Assembly (NCBI GenBank): GCA_973895155.1
Contig: OZ316896.1
Location: 930,001 to 994,000, forward strand
DNA: 64,000 nucleotides
DNA from: Marsupella aquatica
Lineage: Eukaryota; Plantae; Marchantiophyta
Direction: 5' to 3'
The translations under genes and the position numbers were made by a program. Below are positions 1 through 14,084 of the stretch, piece after piece. Under the pieces are notes generated by a model. That model was not told the DNA's origin and made no database searches. It saw only the letters and a list, made by a program, of their open reading frames with translations. The stretch's first letter is position 1. Each line of letters begins with the position of its first letter.

Positions 1-1099
1 TTTCCTTCCTAGACATACGCTCAGAGTCCTATGTTTTCTCTCCCTCTTTTCAACTAATGTTCTCTCTCCCCTGCATATGCATGACATTCATAGATTCATG
101 TGCTTGTCTTGCTTGTGACTTTACTACATGTGAACATTTATCCTCTTTGACAAAACCAATGATGATTTGTGTGTTTTTCTGAGTTCTTTAAATCTTTCAA
201 AAACCTGATGTTGGATTGTATGTCTATATTATGAGTTCTTTAGAATCCTCCAAAGACCTGACGTTACCAGTCCCATAAGCTTTATAATTGTCAGAATTTG
301 CTTAAATTATCTCCTTTAAATTACTATTCATGCACAAGGTTTGGTGTCCACACACAACTCCACCTTACACAAAAACATGGCAAGGGGACAACAGGTTTGC
401 CTCAATAGTCAATATTTTGCTGTAATTTCTTTGCTAGCCCTAAGTTAATATGTGTCTCCCCGTTCTTGCCGCGGCTGCAAGTAGCAAAAATACATAACAA
501 AAATCTAATTTTTTATAAAGATTTGATTCATCCCAGGGATGGAGGTTGAATGACAATCCTGAGGATGTGATTGCAGACCAAGCTTTGGAATTGGCATAGA
601 CCATTTCTTTGTTGCACTTCCAATTCTACATCCAAAGGAGGATGTACTAGTCAGATAGTCTGGTTAGATCATGTCTTGGTACATGGCTAATCACCGAGAG
701 CTATTCTTTAATGTTTTTTTTTGCACAAGGACGTATGGTCCTTACGATGAGCTTTCTTGGTGGTGAGGCACGTCACGTACGGACAAGACCATACGGACTA
801 GACCCACCCAACCTTGGATTCTAGAAATCCCGGCCGCTGCCTTACATCCACAAGGCACAACATAACACAAATACCTTTCATGTATTTTGATTACAACAAT
901 TAGAACCTAAAAGATGAAATAAAATCTTTAGGTTAGGAAATCAATCCCGAAAACAACACACCCTTCCAACCAACACCATATCTAGGCAAGTTACTGAATT
1001 TTTTCCCAAGTAGTCTTCATTGAACCAAAATCCAAAACTTTTGAGGAGTCAATTGCAAAAAAACTCAAAATAAAAGTGTCATTGAGAGCATGGTCCCTT

Positions 1100-2160
1100 G
1101 GATCAGTAGCCTTTGGCCTCTCTCGCTTCCCTATTTGAATAGTAGCAAACATCTCATTTGTTGTAGTAGTACATTGCTCACCATCCAAATATTTTGAACT
1201 AGAAAGATGCCTAGATTAATATGCTCCAAGTTTGGCTTCTTTGGAACTAATTTGAATACTTGTGTATAATAAGAACACTTGACCTTATACAAGTAAGACT
1301 TAACATGACTAGAAGATTTGGCCCAGTAACACAAAATCCAGCATTGACACGCAACACTATTCCTTGAACAGTTTTTACCTCAACTTCATGGCAACTCTTC
1401 ATTGACCAAAAGCGCTTTCTTTGGGGCATCAGCAAAAATAATTTTGTTTTTGTTACACTAACTCATGGCGTGTTTGGGAGTCACTACATTGTTTGAAATT
1501 ATTAAAAACATTCTTAATCCTTTGGGTGGTTTGGGGCATTGCCCCATCCCCAGGATTGTCTAAACACGACACTCCATGCAATCAAGATGACCAAACACTT
1601 CTTCCTCCTCATCCCATGTCTTTACTCTCCACAGTTGATCTGATTGCCCATGAACCTTCATCCATACTGTCAACTTCCTCACCTGGTCTACCCAAACATT
1701 TTGAGAAGCTGGGCTCATCTGTTTGGATTCCCAGATTGCATGAGACTCAATCTTGTCAATAGCAGGAACATCAGCTGAACTGCAATAATCACAAAAGATT
1801 AGAAGGAGAAGATCCACCTATAGTTAAGTCCCCTTCATGTGGAATCTGTTCTAGATCATCCGGGAGATCATCAACACGTCGGATGACAATGACTATACCA
1901 CCTAGCTCGTCCAATGGCAAAAGATGTTCCATTGCAAGTTTTATTTGTCCCAAAAATCTATTATCCCAAAAATCAAAAGAGAAGTCTAAAACCACTTCTA
2001 TTTTTTGCTTGAGATCACTAAGAGTCTCACCATCTTGGTAAGATAGCATAACAATTGAATCAAAAGACTCAACATTCTCAATCTTCAAGAATAGCTTGAC
2101 TCTATTTGGTTGACAACCCAACATGATAGCAATAAGACCTTCTAGCTAGCACCTTCACTC
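1100..2160 (-). pseudogene. Possible degraded DNA-transposon (hAT/ZNF862-like) coding relic
   Basis: Broken minus-strand frames 1789-2124 (GETLSDLKQKIE..FDFWD) and 1131-1334 (WAKS..VKCSY..LVPK..NLEH) loosely recall the N-terminal zinc-finger region of bryophyte hAT transposases. No DDE core seen; adjacent to a tandem-repeat block. Weak, from memory only. Confidence 0.25.
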
Positions 2161-2409
2161 TATGAACATTGTCGGCTTGGGCCCAATCCACACCCCATCT
2201 CCAAGATTCAAAACTTAATTTTTTTTTCATAGCTTCTTAAAAAATTGACGAACTTGCTACAATCATACAACACACAAGAAAACAACATTGAGGAACGAAT
2301 AGGCCACTGAGTCTATTTTGAACAAGTATGCCCGATAAACTGATTTGAAAGCGGAGAAGCATAAGGTTGATGAATGAGTTCTACTTAGAACAAGTTGTAA
2401 CATTGAGAG

Positions 2410-2757
2410 AGGTTGTTATGTCATACCTGTAAAACCTGGATTAACGTTGAGGTTGTTACGTCGTACCCATACGTAAAACCTGGATTAAAATTAATATTAA
2501 CCTAGAAGCCTAGGCTAAACAGACATTTGTCAGGTTGTACTAGTAAGAGTTAGATTAATGTTAGCATTAACCTAAAAGCCTAGGCTAAACAAACATTTGG
2601 CAAGTCATACCAAGAAGAGCTAGTTTAATGTTAACATTAATCTAGAAGCTAGTCTAGACCTCCACCTAGGCTAAACAAACATTTGTTAGGTCGTATCAAT
2701 AAAACCTGGAGTCATGTTAAAATTAACCTAGCTAGAAGCCTAGGCTAAACAAATTTG
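2410..2757. repeat. Degenerate ~70-85 bp tandem repeat
   Basis: Core CCTAGGCTAAACA recurs at about 2509, 2579, 2664 and 2739; TAAAACCTGGA recurs at about 2430, 2474 and 2700. Confidence 0.75.
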
Positions 2758-5078
2758 TTCATTTTGTTTGCAAAATTGTAGACTTAAAATGAGACAGTTC
2801 TAGGCTATTTTGAATGGAGGTGCTGACAAGCTTGGTATGTAGGTAGGTATGAAGTCCTGGGCGGCAAGGGAGATCCAAGCCAATTGTGGGAAGTATACCC
2901 TTCCTCATCTTGTTATCTTTCTCCAAACGGCAGGATGGCACAATACGGAGAGGAATGGGATGCGTGTGATCTTCAATCCCTACTTCACCTCCCACCTTTG
3001 GTATCCAATGAGTGTATGAGCTTTGTAGATCTTCCCGTCTTACCCCAATTCAGTCACATTGCCATGATTCATTTTTATTCGCTAGGTAGGGATCCGGCCG
3101 CAGTCAACATGTTGGATAAGTAACACAAGATCTGACTCGGGACTATGAATCCGGAAGGATGACACAAGATCTGAGCAAAGAATGAGAACTAGGAAATATA
3201 GTTCCTGATGCAAGAATTACAGATCCTATAAAGACTCTAGCTAGTCGACCAGTATATATATCATAGTGCCAAAAACAAATGCCAAACAAGTATGCCTGTT
3301 CACCTGTTAGCTAGCTCTAATGAATCTATGCTCTAAGCTCATCAAGCATATTTTGCAGCGACAAAGGGGATCCAAGTCTAGATATGCATAACTGGATGCG
3401 ACATCTATACTTTCTCTTTGGAGTAGGATGGTTTGAACATAAATAAACGGATATATTTTACACTCGAGGGGCCTGGGGTCCTTACTTATTTTCTTCCAAC
3501 CCATTGTGAACAATTCAATCCAATTGGGCATAAGACTTAAATAAATTTGTTGAAGCCCAATAGGCATGCTTTAATCTAATATCGAGAATCATAAGAACTA
3601 TAGGGGTTTTAACACCAAATTTGGGAACATTCCATAAGTCAAGGGTTAAAAAATAGAATATATACTTCATTTTTTTTACATTTTAGGGTGTTTATTATTT
3701 GAATACTTTGCACGTGATATAGGATCTCCCTTGGACTGAGGCCCCCAAGTTGAGGGGTTGACTACCAAATATTGTAGAATATTTATTATTATTATTATTA
3801 TTGTAAAATATGAGTATTAATATTAGTTTGGGATAGCACGTGATATCCCAAAATATACACTAAATTAATCTCCTGAGATTTTGCAACAACGGAGTAGGGC
3901 GAGATCTGGCGGTGCTCAACTAGATGTGACATCAATACTTTCTCGTTGGAGTCATATCTGTTGAACAGAAACCATCAGACATATTTGCGGTGATGGAGGG
4001 GAGCGGGGTCTGACGATGCTCAAATGGACGCATCATGGATTCTTTCTCTTTATAGTCAGATTTGTTGACCAGAAGCAAAAACGTGACGAACTTGGAGACC
4101 TTTCCTCTCTAGCCAGCAAGTTCATACCTTTGATCGATGTAATCTTTCGAGTTGGAAAGGAAACATCTCCCATTCAAGCAAAATGACTTCGGCAAGCAAC
4201 ATCCCCCAAGCAACATCCCCCAGTTGTGCTCGGTCAAGTTTTTTCTAGTAATGATGATTTGTCTACCAGTACTTTCCACTTTTGTCAGACCACGTCAAGA
4301 GTCAGGTAGACTATTCTCCTGTCTCTTACGTAGAATGGTCAATTTATTGTAGAACAGAGATTATTGAAAGGGTGCTCGTCAGGCAAAACATTCTCAGTGG
4401 GGTCAAACATTTGCAGTTTTGTACAGCAATGATCGAGCTACTCATTCATAATTTTTCATAATTTAATATTAAAAATTAGACAAGATGTCAATCGCCCACC
4501 ACCTGGAGGTGTTAGCAAATTCTAATTCCCCACACGGAAATGATCGACAGCTCCTTATACTTCACAGGTTGCGGAGTCATTATAAATTGTAGGCTGTGGA
4601 CAGAATAACAGGCCCATGAAGTAGTACTCAGATTGACACATGAACGATATCTTCTTCGGCGGAGAAGGAAAGGTGTCCCCATTGATGAAGTGTCCCCATT
4701 GATGATATGTAGCTGAAGACACCGAAGATTAATCCAGGTCTCTAAGAGCAGTAAATGAAAAGATCTCCAAACAAACTCAAGCTACAACCTTCAAATCAAT
4801 TCATTAATGCAAACCCATCTTAATATCGTCCGTTCAACATCCACTGGAAAGAACTTGGTTGAAACAAATGGCCGTCAGGAAGATATCCCTTGGTTAATTT
4901 TCTTTGGCCCAACACAAACAAGTCCACAACATTAACTTGGGGATTGCATCCGACCGCTGAAGAAGTGCACAGTTTATTGATCATATGGTCTGAAGTGACT
5001 ATTTCTGGACAACGCAACTTAAATCCACATACTTCCAGTCTACGAACATCCAGATTCGTAAAGTTACAAGGGGGCCAG

Positions 5079-5210
5079 GTAGCCAAAGAATGGGGAGCCC
5101 TTCAGGTATAACCTTCACCATTGCGACTCAAGCTGAGCCCTAAAGTAGCCAAAGAATGGGGAGTCCTTCAGGTATAACCTTCACCATAGCGACTCAAGCT
5201 GAGCCATAAA
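5079..5210. repeat. 66-bp tandem duplication
   Basis: GTAGCCAAAGAATGGGGAG..CTTCAGGTATAACCTTCACCA..GCGACTCAAGCTGAGCC.TAAA starts at 5079 and again at 5145, with few mismatches. Confidence 0.9.
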
Positions 5211-5578
5211 ATTGTCGGACCTTATATAATAAATTAGCTGCCATCACAGGCACCCGTCCCAAATTGAGAGATCATTGCGCACTCATCATCACATCTTCAG
5301 CCTATTGCCATGCACATCTGAACCAGATTGATTCAGGTGGTGCTTTGGCAGAGAACCTAAGGGGATGCGGTAGAGTTTAGGGTGCCATCCAGGCTGACCG
5401 AAAGCCTATTTGACAGCAAAGAATTTGGTGAGCCTACTAACATGGTAGGGTCTCATGCAAGCTGGATACATTGGTGGTCGTCTTTGGTTTCTTTCCTCTA
5501 TATATGAAGTACCAAAAGCCTAAGTGAGACCCAAAAGTAGGGCCGATTTTCCAACTTCTCACTAATGTGGAAATTACT

Positions 5579-7432
5579 TTACTTTGACTCTCGTCCTAAC
5601 TCGATATCCTTAAGGGATTGTTGATCATGGCCACTCTTCAGCAGAGCAACATCTTCTTCCGTGAAGGTAGAATCCTTCCCATAACTCACAGGAGGCACCT
5701 TTGGTGCTGACTTAGCCTGCTCTACTGCCCAGCTGTATATAACCATGCCCAGTATAGCCATGGCCATGCCACTACAGTTCTTGACCGTCAGTACAGAATT
5801 GAATAAGAGCCACCCCAAGATCAGAACAGCGACTGTCTTCATGTGACCCAGCACCTGAAAGGATACCGCAGAGAAGCGCCCGATGCACAGATACTGGCTC
5901 ATATTGCAGAATACAGCCAAAGTACACGATAGCGCGATGAAGAACTGCATAAAAGAAGTCAAATAAAAATTCGTTAAAAATTAGTAGGAAACACTTCAGA
6001 AAAAGACGCCGTGCACATTACACTGCTTCAACGGCTCTGTCTACGCGAGAGGGAGTGAGTTGATGTGGTCTATGAACCCAATCCCAGGACATGAATAAAC
6101 GATAATTCTATTTCAGAAACAAAGGAACTATCGAAGCTATCCAATCCAGAGAAAAAACAAATGAAGCAAAATTTGTACTCACAGCTGCCCCCAAAGACAT
6201 CTGGTACTCCAACAAGTTTGATCCATTGAGGATATAGTCAACAAATGGTCCTAGAAGCACTAACGATATAGCCTGAATCGGAGCAGTTTTGCTCAGGAGT
6301 TCGAACGAGCCAATGCTGTGTTTCTTTTGCATAGAGCCAATGTACTGCCACACAACAAACCATTGTCTGATAAGTGACATCTCAAAGTTCAATGCTCTAG
6401 GATTACCAGAAATCTTTTTCACATCCAATCTGCTCAATGCAAAAACTGAGAACTTACGATCTGTTGCAAAGAGGTGCAGATGACAGCAACACATGCAGCT
6501 GAAAAGCCCCCCAGGTTCACATTGACATCGGTGACGGTGCAGACTCCCACACCAAGCATGACGACGAACACGGCAGTCTTCACTTCTCTGCTGTACGTCT
6601 TGCTATGCAAAATCCACTCTAAGATACAGACCGTGGGTATCATGCTCAGCTTCGCGATCTGCACGACAAGTAAGAAAAGGGGAGGGGCCTTTCACAGTGT
6701 TAGCGAAACCCACGTCGCACTCTTTATAATTATCCATTAGTCTACACATGTAATGCATCTCCTGAGCCATTGTGACTTGAAAATGGAGACCTGACAATAG
6801 GAATACAGATCTAAATCTCCTAAGGTACCCTACTTTATTGACTCCCACTGAACGTCCGTTATAACCAACAAGTATCAAAGAATAGGAGTAAATGCTGCTA
6901 AAGCAGGGCGTACCTGGTAAAATCCCACTGAATTCAACATGAGACTAAGGTTCATACCCACAATGGAGGTGTTGGAGATTAGGGAAAAAGTGAAGAGTTC
7001 CCACAGAGGCACGTGCTTTGCAGTTATGGCCCCAGACCGAGAAGATATGAAGCCCACTAGGGCAGTAATCACAAAATGCATGGCTGTCAATGTGGTGGCT
7101 GAAACCCACGACCAAAATATATTAGTCCAAAGTCCAATCACAGAGAGGAGAATATCGAGATACTTTCAGAAGTGAGAATCAAAGCAAGCAACCAAAAGGA
7201 GTAAATTATGCTGCAGAAGATATCAGCCTATACTGCCATCTTTCCTTTTACAAATTCCGTCAATGCCGAGACACTATGGGACACTGAGCAGTTCACCAGA
7301 AGAAAGAGGAGTCTCACCAAAGTGAAACTTGTAGCCTGACATGACTTGCTTGTTAGCCATGATGATGCCAACTGAGCTGATCACGTTCATAGCCCAGGCC
7401 CCTCCATCTGAGACAGCGCTCTTCGAAGCCAT
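5579..7432 (-). CDS. URGT: UDP-rhamnose/UDP-galactose transporter (nucleotide-sugar transporter, TPT/DMT family), 342 aa
   Basis: Exons 7432-7318, 7098-6914, 6658-6458, 6344-6183 and 5944-5579 have GT-AG borders and consistent phases. Motifs: SDGGAWAMNVISSVGIIMANKQVMS, ATTLTAMHF, MNLSLMLNSVGFYQIAKLSMIP, GVGVCTVTDV, IGSMQKKHSIGSFELLSKTAPIQA, CIGRFSAVSFQVLGHMKT. Confidence 0.93.
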
Positions 7433-10400
7433 GGCAGCTGATCTACAATGTAGCTGGCTAATTCGGCAGCTAGGTAGATCAAGCGATAATTGAATTAAAA
7501 TGCAGAGCTTCTTCAAGCCGAGGGACGCAGGATTTCCTAGATCTCGTTGATATGAGCCACCCCTATACTTCACCAGCAAGCTTCTGATTGCAGAACACAA
7601 ACCACACGTCAGGATGACAACAAAAACTGAACATTCAGAACCTAGCTAATGAGATGAAGACAGTTCTCAAAGCGGCAAGCAATCCCCGGCTAATTGGTCA
7701 AATGCTAGGAAAGGATGTCCCCACTCTCGGGTCATTCCACTCTACTGGACTCCATCTACATCCACCACCCCAATTGGGCAAATCTGAGACCAAGGATCAA
7801 GATCCACATTGGCGAGCAGGTACCTATGAACATATGCCAGCCATTTCCCCAAACATTTGGCACACGCTCGACCCAGATTCAAACGACAGAGACCTAGGCT
7901 GAGTGATGAGCTCTGCAGGCGCAACCAGATTCCACTCCTATGTTTCCATAGTGCAGCGGGTTTTGTAATGAGCTATGGACTTAACACAAACACCAGCAAA
8001 GTTTGATCGGAAGAACCGAGGCTGCTTTCCAAGATCAGGCTTTGTGGACTCAGCCATCACTAATTGTCTGTATCCTGTATCCTGGACAACCAGAATTGCA
8101 TTCCGATCCAAGATTAGGCCACCTAGCCCGGACTTCCGCATTTAGTACTTCGGTGATGCGGCTGGAATGCACAGACGATGATGCACGCGTGCATGCATGC
8201 AAGACCAGGACCTTCGTTGTAATTACAACTTCTTGGTGACACTAGGAAAGAGAACAGAGATCTCCAAATCACGACGAAATTAAATCAAGCCCACCTACAG
8301 GTCCCAATTCCAAAGATCCGGGTTGCAGGAGACAACCCCAAGGTAGCAGAAAAGGCAAGGACGGCTAGAGATCGACAATGCAAGGGGAGAGACATCTTCA
8401 GCAACTGATCGATGGGAGACCTGTGGTGGAACACTGGCTACCTCTCGGAAAATGCGGATCCGCGTAGTCGATGAACTGGAGCCACCTCCCACCCCCTTGG
8501 GAAGACGACTCGTCCAAAACTGGGGGAATATCTTTCCTTTCTCTGAGAGGCGAGTCCGCGTGGACTGGCCAAAGACCAGATGTCACCAAAGAAGCTCTTT
8601 CTGGACAAGTTTTGTCCACAACATCGAAGCCGAAAGCTCACTCATCAAGTCAGATCTTCCCCCTCCCTCCCCAAATCTCGATGGATCGAAGCAATGGCAC
8701 AACGAGACTCCAATCCGACTACACGCTTGCCTCGTCGATCCGTCCCTGCCTCCTTCTACTCGTTCACTTTCTTCCACACGTGTCCCCGAGCTCCAAACGC
8801 GGTCCTGTCACTCAGATCTCAAAGACAACTAGCCGACAATGATCAGGAGCTTCGTCGTCTCTCCTGCAAGAACGATCTGGGCCGCCCACAAAAAGGAGCA
8901 GGGCTGCAAAAGAAGGGGTAATGCCTGTTCTTGCTTCTCTCCTTTCTTCTCTGAACCGCCAGCCAGCCAGCCAGCGACCGAGCAAGGTCGGACGAGCTTT
9001 CTTTCGCCAATGTCGTTCAATTTCCCAACAAACTCCACACCACTCCAGCTCCCGGTCTTCTGCTCCTTAGTCTCCTTCACAATCCTCCCCTCACCTCACC
9101 AGAGCAGTTCAATGAGGCGATGAGGCGATTGCGATTCTTTCTTTGATCTCGCTGGCTGCTTCGTTCGCATCGCACTACAGCAGCAGTCGTCGAGTAGCCC
9201 AGACCTGCTAAGCGGATTTGTTCCTTCTAGCTGCTGTCGTAGCTCCGGATCCTCCCCCACCTCGTCAGCCCAACTAATAACAGCAGCATGAATTCAACAA
9301 CAACAACCAGCCTAGCCCGCCAATGTCGGAGATCCGGCCTCCCTTGTTTGTGTATGCCCCGAGTCCCAACCCCGCCAGATTCTGACTGTTGCCCAACATT
9401 AGTAAAATGGGCCGGCGAAGTGGCGAAGTGGCGAAGTGAGATTTGAGAATCGCTTTTGCCAAAGTGAGCTTGCTGAGAGAAGCAAAAGCTGCTGATGATT
9501 GCGGACGAGCCTTCCTGGAAACGCATTTATTGGTGCCCATTGGGTCCCGCCATTTCATGCTGTCCTTTACTGCGCAGGACCCATTGTACAGAGAAGGTCT
9601 TCTGAACGTGCATGTCTTCAGATTTGGAGGAGTGCTCCCTAAGACCCAACTTGCACACATGCGGCGTTCAATTTTACAACTGGTAGTAAAATATTGACTG
9701 AGAATTTTGTGGAAAGATCTACTTGTCAGAGAGGGCTTATGGCATAGGCTCATAGCATACGAAGTGGAGAACTATGAATGACTCTGACCCTGGTTCATAA
9801 TATTTCATCACAATTGGCTAAACTGGGCCAATAGCCAGTTCTCACTAAACCAAGGGTCCCCTATCCACAATCCCGCAGTTCCACTTAAATCTAGTGAGAC
9901 CAAGTTCTCACATGAAACTAGCAAAAGGAATGTTCTTAGCATCTATTCCCCAATTTACAAGGTGAAATTCCTGGCAAATTTTCCCGGAGAGGCATGGCTG
10001 AGTGATAGCACACTTGAGTGGAGACTGATGGATCTTGGATTCAAATTTTATAATTGACTGTTCCCTTTCTGCGGGGTCTCACAGATTTATCCCTTAAAAA
10101 TTTAAAATTCCTGGAAAATTTCAAAAAAATTTACCTTGCCTTGGCTAACACCATGGAGGAAATATGGCAGAGTTTCAAGTTGCAAAAATTAGTCAAATTC
10201 CATCCTCATTAAAAGGTATTGATTGCTTTTAATAAAGTTTTACCAAGGCTATTTGTGTTCTATTAGCCAGGTTTCTACCAAAGTCTAGATCCCATCAGCC
10301 AAAATCTTACGGTCATCTTTAAGTCTAGATAGATCTACTGGGCAGAAATTAATCTAAGAAAATAAGATGACGAGCTTAGAATCTTCTCCGTGTGACACAC

Positions 10401-11261
10401 CTAGCCTGGCAAACAATATGAAACCCAATTTTTCATTATAAAACCTTAAAAACTAGGATGCAAATGGTTATGCTCAAGAGTCTACCAGCCTGCTGCCTGC
10501 CCAGCTGTAATCTAAGCAGCATAATAATAGCAGCCTAATACTCCGGATAAGAAGAAGATACCCTTCAAATGTCTCAATCGTGGGCCTTCTATTGGCCATC
10601 GACGGTTGGTGTAATTATGCACTTTTAGTAATTGATTCCAAGTTCGATCGGGATTCGGGAAGTTGGAGTTGGGGGACTGGTGTCTACTCATTAGGGTACA
10701 GTAGGCCTACTTTTACTTATTAGTCAACTTACTGACAGTAGAAAATAATGGAGAATTCCCGAATAAGAGAATCGTACGTTGTACCGCAATGAAAGGGATC
10801 AATTTTTGTCACCTGTTCTTTTTGGTCTGGACCAGCCCCGCTGCCCAAACACCTCCAGACGGACCAGACGGGCACTTGGGCAGTTTGTCATCATTCTGTT
10901 TCCAAGTGAGACTGGCGGGCTGCGGGCAGCCAGCCGTCTTTCCCCTCTCTTTTGTTCCCGTTTGCCTCGACTTGCCTGCCCGGCACCGACCCCAAACCCG
11001 CGACCCAATCACCGAGCTGCCCAGCGTTGGGTGTGCCACGTTGTTCTTATTTCATGGGGAGAAGTCACCCAATACGAAACACTGTACCTATCGATCGAAC
11101 GTACACTATAATAATACAAATTTTGGTGATGTCGTTGGAGAAACGGGAATAGGTTGGGGACAACAAACTGTAGCGCCATCATATATATGTACATCTAATG
11201 GGGTTGGGAAAAACTTGTCTATCTTAGATGTCAAGAGACTTATCATTACCTGTACCACCCG

Positions 11262-11377
11262 TATGTTCAGCCAGAATGAGCGGAGACGAGAGAATTAGCG
11301 CATTCACCATATGATTATATGACACATATGTTCAGCCAGAATGAGCGGAAAAGAGAGAATTAACGCATTCACCATAT
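11262..11377. repeat. ~52-bp direct duplication
   Basis: TATGTTCAGCCAGAATGAGCGGA..GAGAGAATTA.CGCATTCACCATATG at 11262 and 11327. Confidence 0.85.
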
Positions 11378-12940
11378 GTACACGATTTGCATCCACCACA
11401 TACAGTGCATTCGCCGGAGGTTGCATTAGCCAGAGGTTCAAATATGTTTTATTCGATTTTAGTTTTCCTATAAGTAAAGTGCTCCTTTCAAGAAAATAAA
11501 ATATATTATAGTGCTATTAAAATGTGTACTTAACAGAAAATGATGCTCCCATTTTAATTTTTGAAGACCTCCACTGACCACATTTCCCAAAATTTGAGTT
11601 TGATTATGATATTTTTTTAGTTTTGAACATGTGCTAGAGGAGTAGGTAAGCTAGACTTCCATTGAAGTGACAATGGAGTTTTGGCTATTTTGGTTGAGTT
11701 ATTCACCATGGGAGGGGGAGTGGTAAATCTGTTAGATTAATTTTTATTATGTTAATATGAAATATTAGGGCTTGTGTTTTTCTATGTCTCCTCCTTCTCT
11801 AGTTGCCTTTCAGGTGAATAACTAGAGATTATGTTAAGACTCATAAGATCAAGTTATAAGCCCAAAACTCCCATGGACCACCAAAATGTGGTCCGTGGGA
11901 GCATTGTGTCCAACCGTGGTGGTCCTTCTGGTCTTACCTTTGGTACTTAGCATGAATTACAATAAATCAACATGAGTGAATAATCAACTGATTATGGAGC
12001 CCTGAAGGAATCTATCCTCAGCACTTGTAAAGTTTTGGAGAAAAAGCAGATATTGCCTCTGCTAAGTGTGGATGATTGCATTCAGTCTTTGTCTTTGCCC
12101 ATCATTGCACACTAGACTACACAGGACACCTTTTGTTTCATTAGAATTCAGAGGTAAGGACCTCCAAGGGCCGCAACGGTTGCCGCCTTTGCCCTTGGGT
12201 TTCCCCAAAAGATGTCGTCAAGTCTAAGTGAATCATATGACAGCATTTTTTTAGTTTGAGGGCCGCAAAACAGAAGGCCGCTCACATGCAAGTTGGGCCT
12301 GAACATTCAGTTTTCCAATTGTTGCTCATCATAAATATACTTTTGGGGCCTTTTTGTTTTACTCACAATAGCTCTTATCCCACAAGAGACTGCCCTCCTG
12401 TGCTGACTTAGGTAGAGCAAAATGCGACAAGGACAAATCATTTACTAATGAGGGCCTCTGGTCCAAGATATGCCTTGGAAAGTTGTATTATCAATAAACC
12501 TATTTGACAAGTCCTTTGTTAATGCTGCAATATATTTGGTGCACCTTCTCAAGGCACAAGAACAGACTGCTCTATAGATTTCAAAGTGCCAATAATACCT
12601 GTAATTGCTTCTTGTTTTTCAGAAAAAGAATAAAGTATCTAAATTGGCTTGCACTACTAGACCTGGCTTTGACATTCCATGAATTAGACGTTGAGCATTT
12701 ATATATAGAACTGCAAAGGAACAAACATGCCTTGCCAGAAGATACGATTCCAAAGGCCAAACCTAAAGAGCCAAAAAGCCCAATAGCATTAACCACAAAG
12801 AGCTAAAGTCCGACAGTAGTGAGCCACAAACTGAAAAGCCTGGTTGAGCATTAAATTTAGTGGTAAAATCTCTTTGCAAAAAGAATAGAAACTTTATTTT
12901 CACTTGAACCTACTGTTTGAGTGTCATTTTTTTATTCAAT

Positions 12941-13429
12941 GTATATCACACTGTCAAAAAGACAGGATAGCCAAACCGGGAGACATGGTCCCAAAGGCGA
13001 AAAAACCCAATAAAGGGGGGAAGCAAAGACCTCAAGAAGACCAAGGCCTGGCCACCCAGGGTGCAAGGGGTAGACCCAGTCTTGGGCAGGGAGAGCCCAC
13101 CACCCACCACACAAAACTCTGCAGCGAACCCGAAGCCAACTACCACCAAAACCAGCAACCCCATCGCGGAACCAGATCGAAGGAAACGGTAAAAAAAGCG
13201 AGAAAGGAGGAGGGCCGGCTGCATGCACGGCCACTCCCCAAGGGGGGGGGGGGGGGAAGAGGGATCGTCAGCCTCGGCTGATGACCACCCCTCCAGGAGG
13301 GAGGGAGAGGCCCATTTTGGCCCTCCCGGATGGAGGCTGCAGCCGAGGCGGACCTCGCCCCACTCGCACCCAGCCCCCACCCGCACGCAGCCCCTTCGCC
13401 TTCCGCTCGCCCTCTGCTTCCGCTCCCCC
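12941..13429 (-). mobile_element. GC-rich ~490-bp retroposed insertion (SINE or 5'-truncated LINE end) with 10-bp TSD
   Basis: TTTATTCAAT flanks both sides (12931-12940 and 13430-13439). Removing the insert restores a unit resembling the neighbouring AT-rich copy at about 13510-13650. Sharp GC contrast; G15 run at about 13242-13256. Confidence 0.6.
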
Positions 13430-14084
13430 TTTATTCAATCAGTTAACAATCAAATTCGTTCATTTTGATTTTCTCTTTTGTGATAAGCCTGTAGAGCAAT
13501 AAACTTAGGTAATTAGGTGTAATTTCTCTGTACAAAAAATAGAACCTCCAATTTTTACTTGAATCTACCATTGGAGTGTCATTGTTTTATCTATTCAATT
13601 GAAAATCAAATTAAATTTCTTTCATATTGGCTCTTCTCTTTTGTTATTAAGTGGACGTATCCCTCAATGCCCCTTTCATTTCTTAACCATTCACTTGTTA
13701 TAGAAATCATTTTTTTACTTCCTTTCCAACTAAAACTTTGTTTTGGCACGCTTTCACTCCAAGGCTCACAATCAGAATATTTACAAACAGATTCATGTTT
13801 TTGAGGATTTACCTTTTATGCCCAGATTCAAATGGCAGTAGGTAGTACACTCACAGACCTGCTTGTCTACTTAGAATTGCCTGGTATTTAGCTAGCCCTT
13901 AAATTTGTGACCCTCAATCAATCCTTTGACAACATGTGACGTAAGAAAAAACCTCATTAGCTTGGCTTGATGTCATGTTAAGGGGAGATTGAAGGGCAAA
14001 GTCCTGAAACTTCCCCTGACATTCCAAGCTTTGAAAAATGAATAAACAAAATGTCTCCACAAAACAACAAAGCACGGTGACTAA

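Noticed and set aside
8295-9753. Many overlapping 60-160 aa ORFs
   Set aside because: Expected in GC-rich UTR or promoter DNA; no recognisable domains.
12400-12830. Possible LINE C-terminal fragment on the minus strand
   Set aside because: Similarity is too faint and needs multiple frameshifts.
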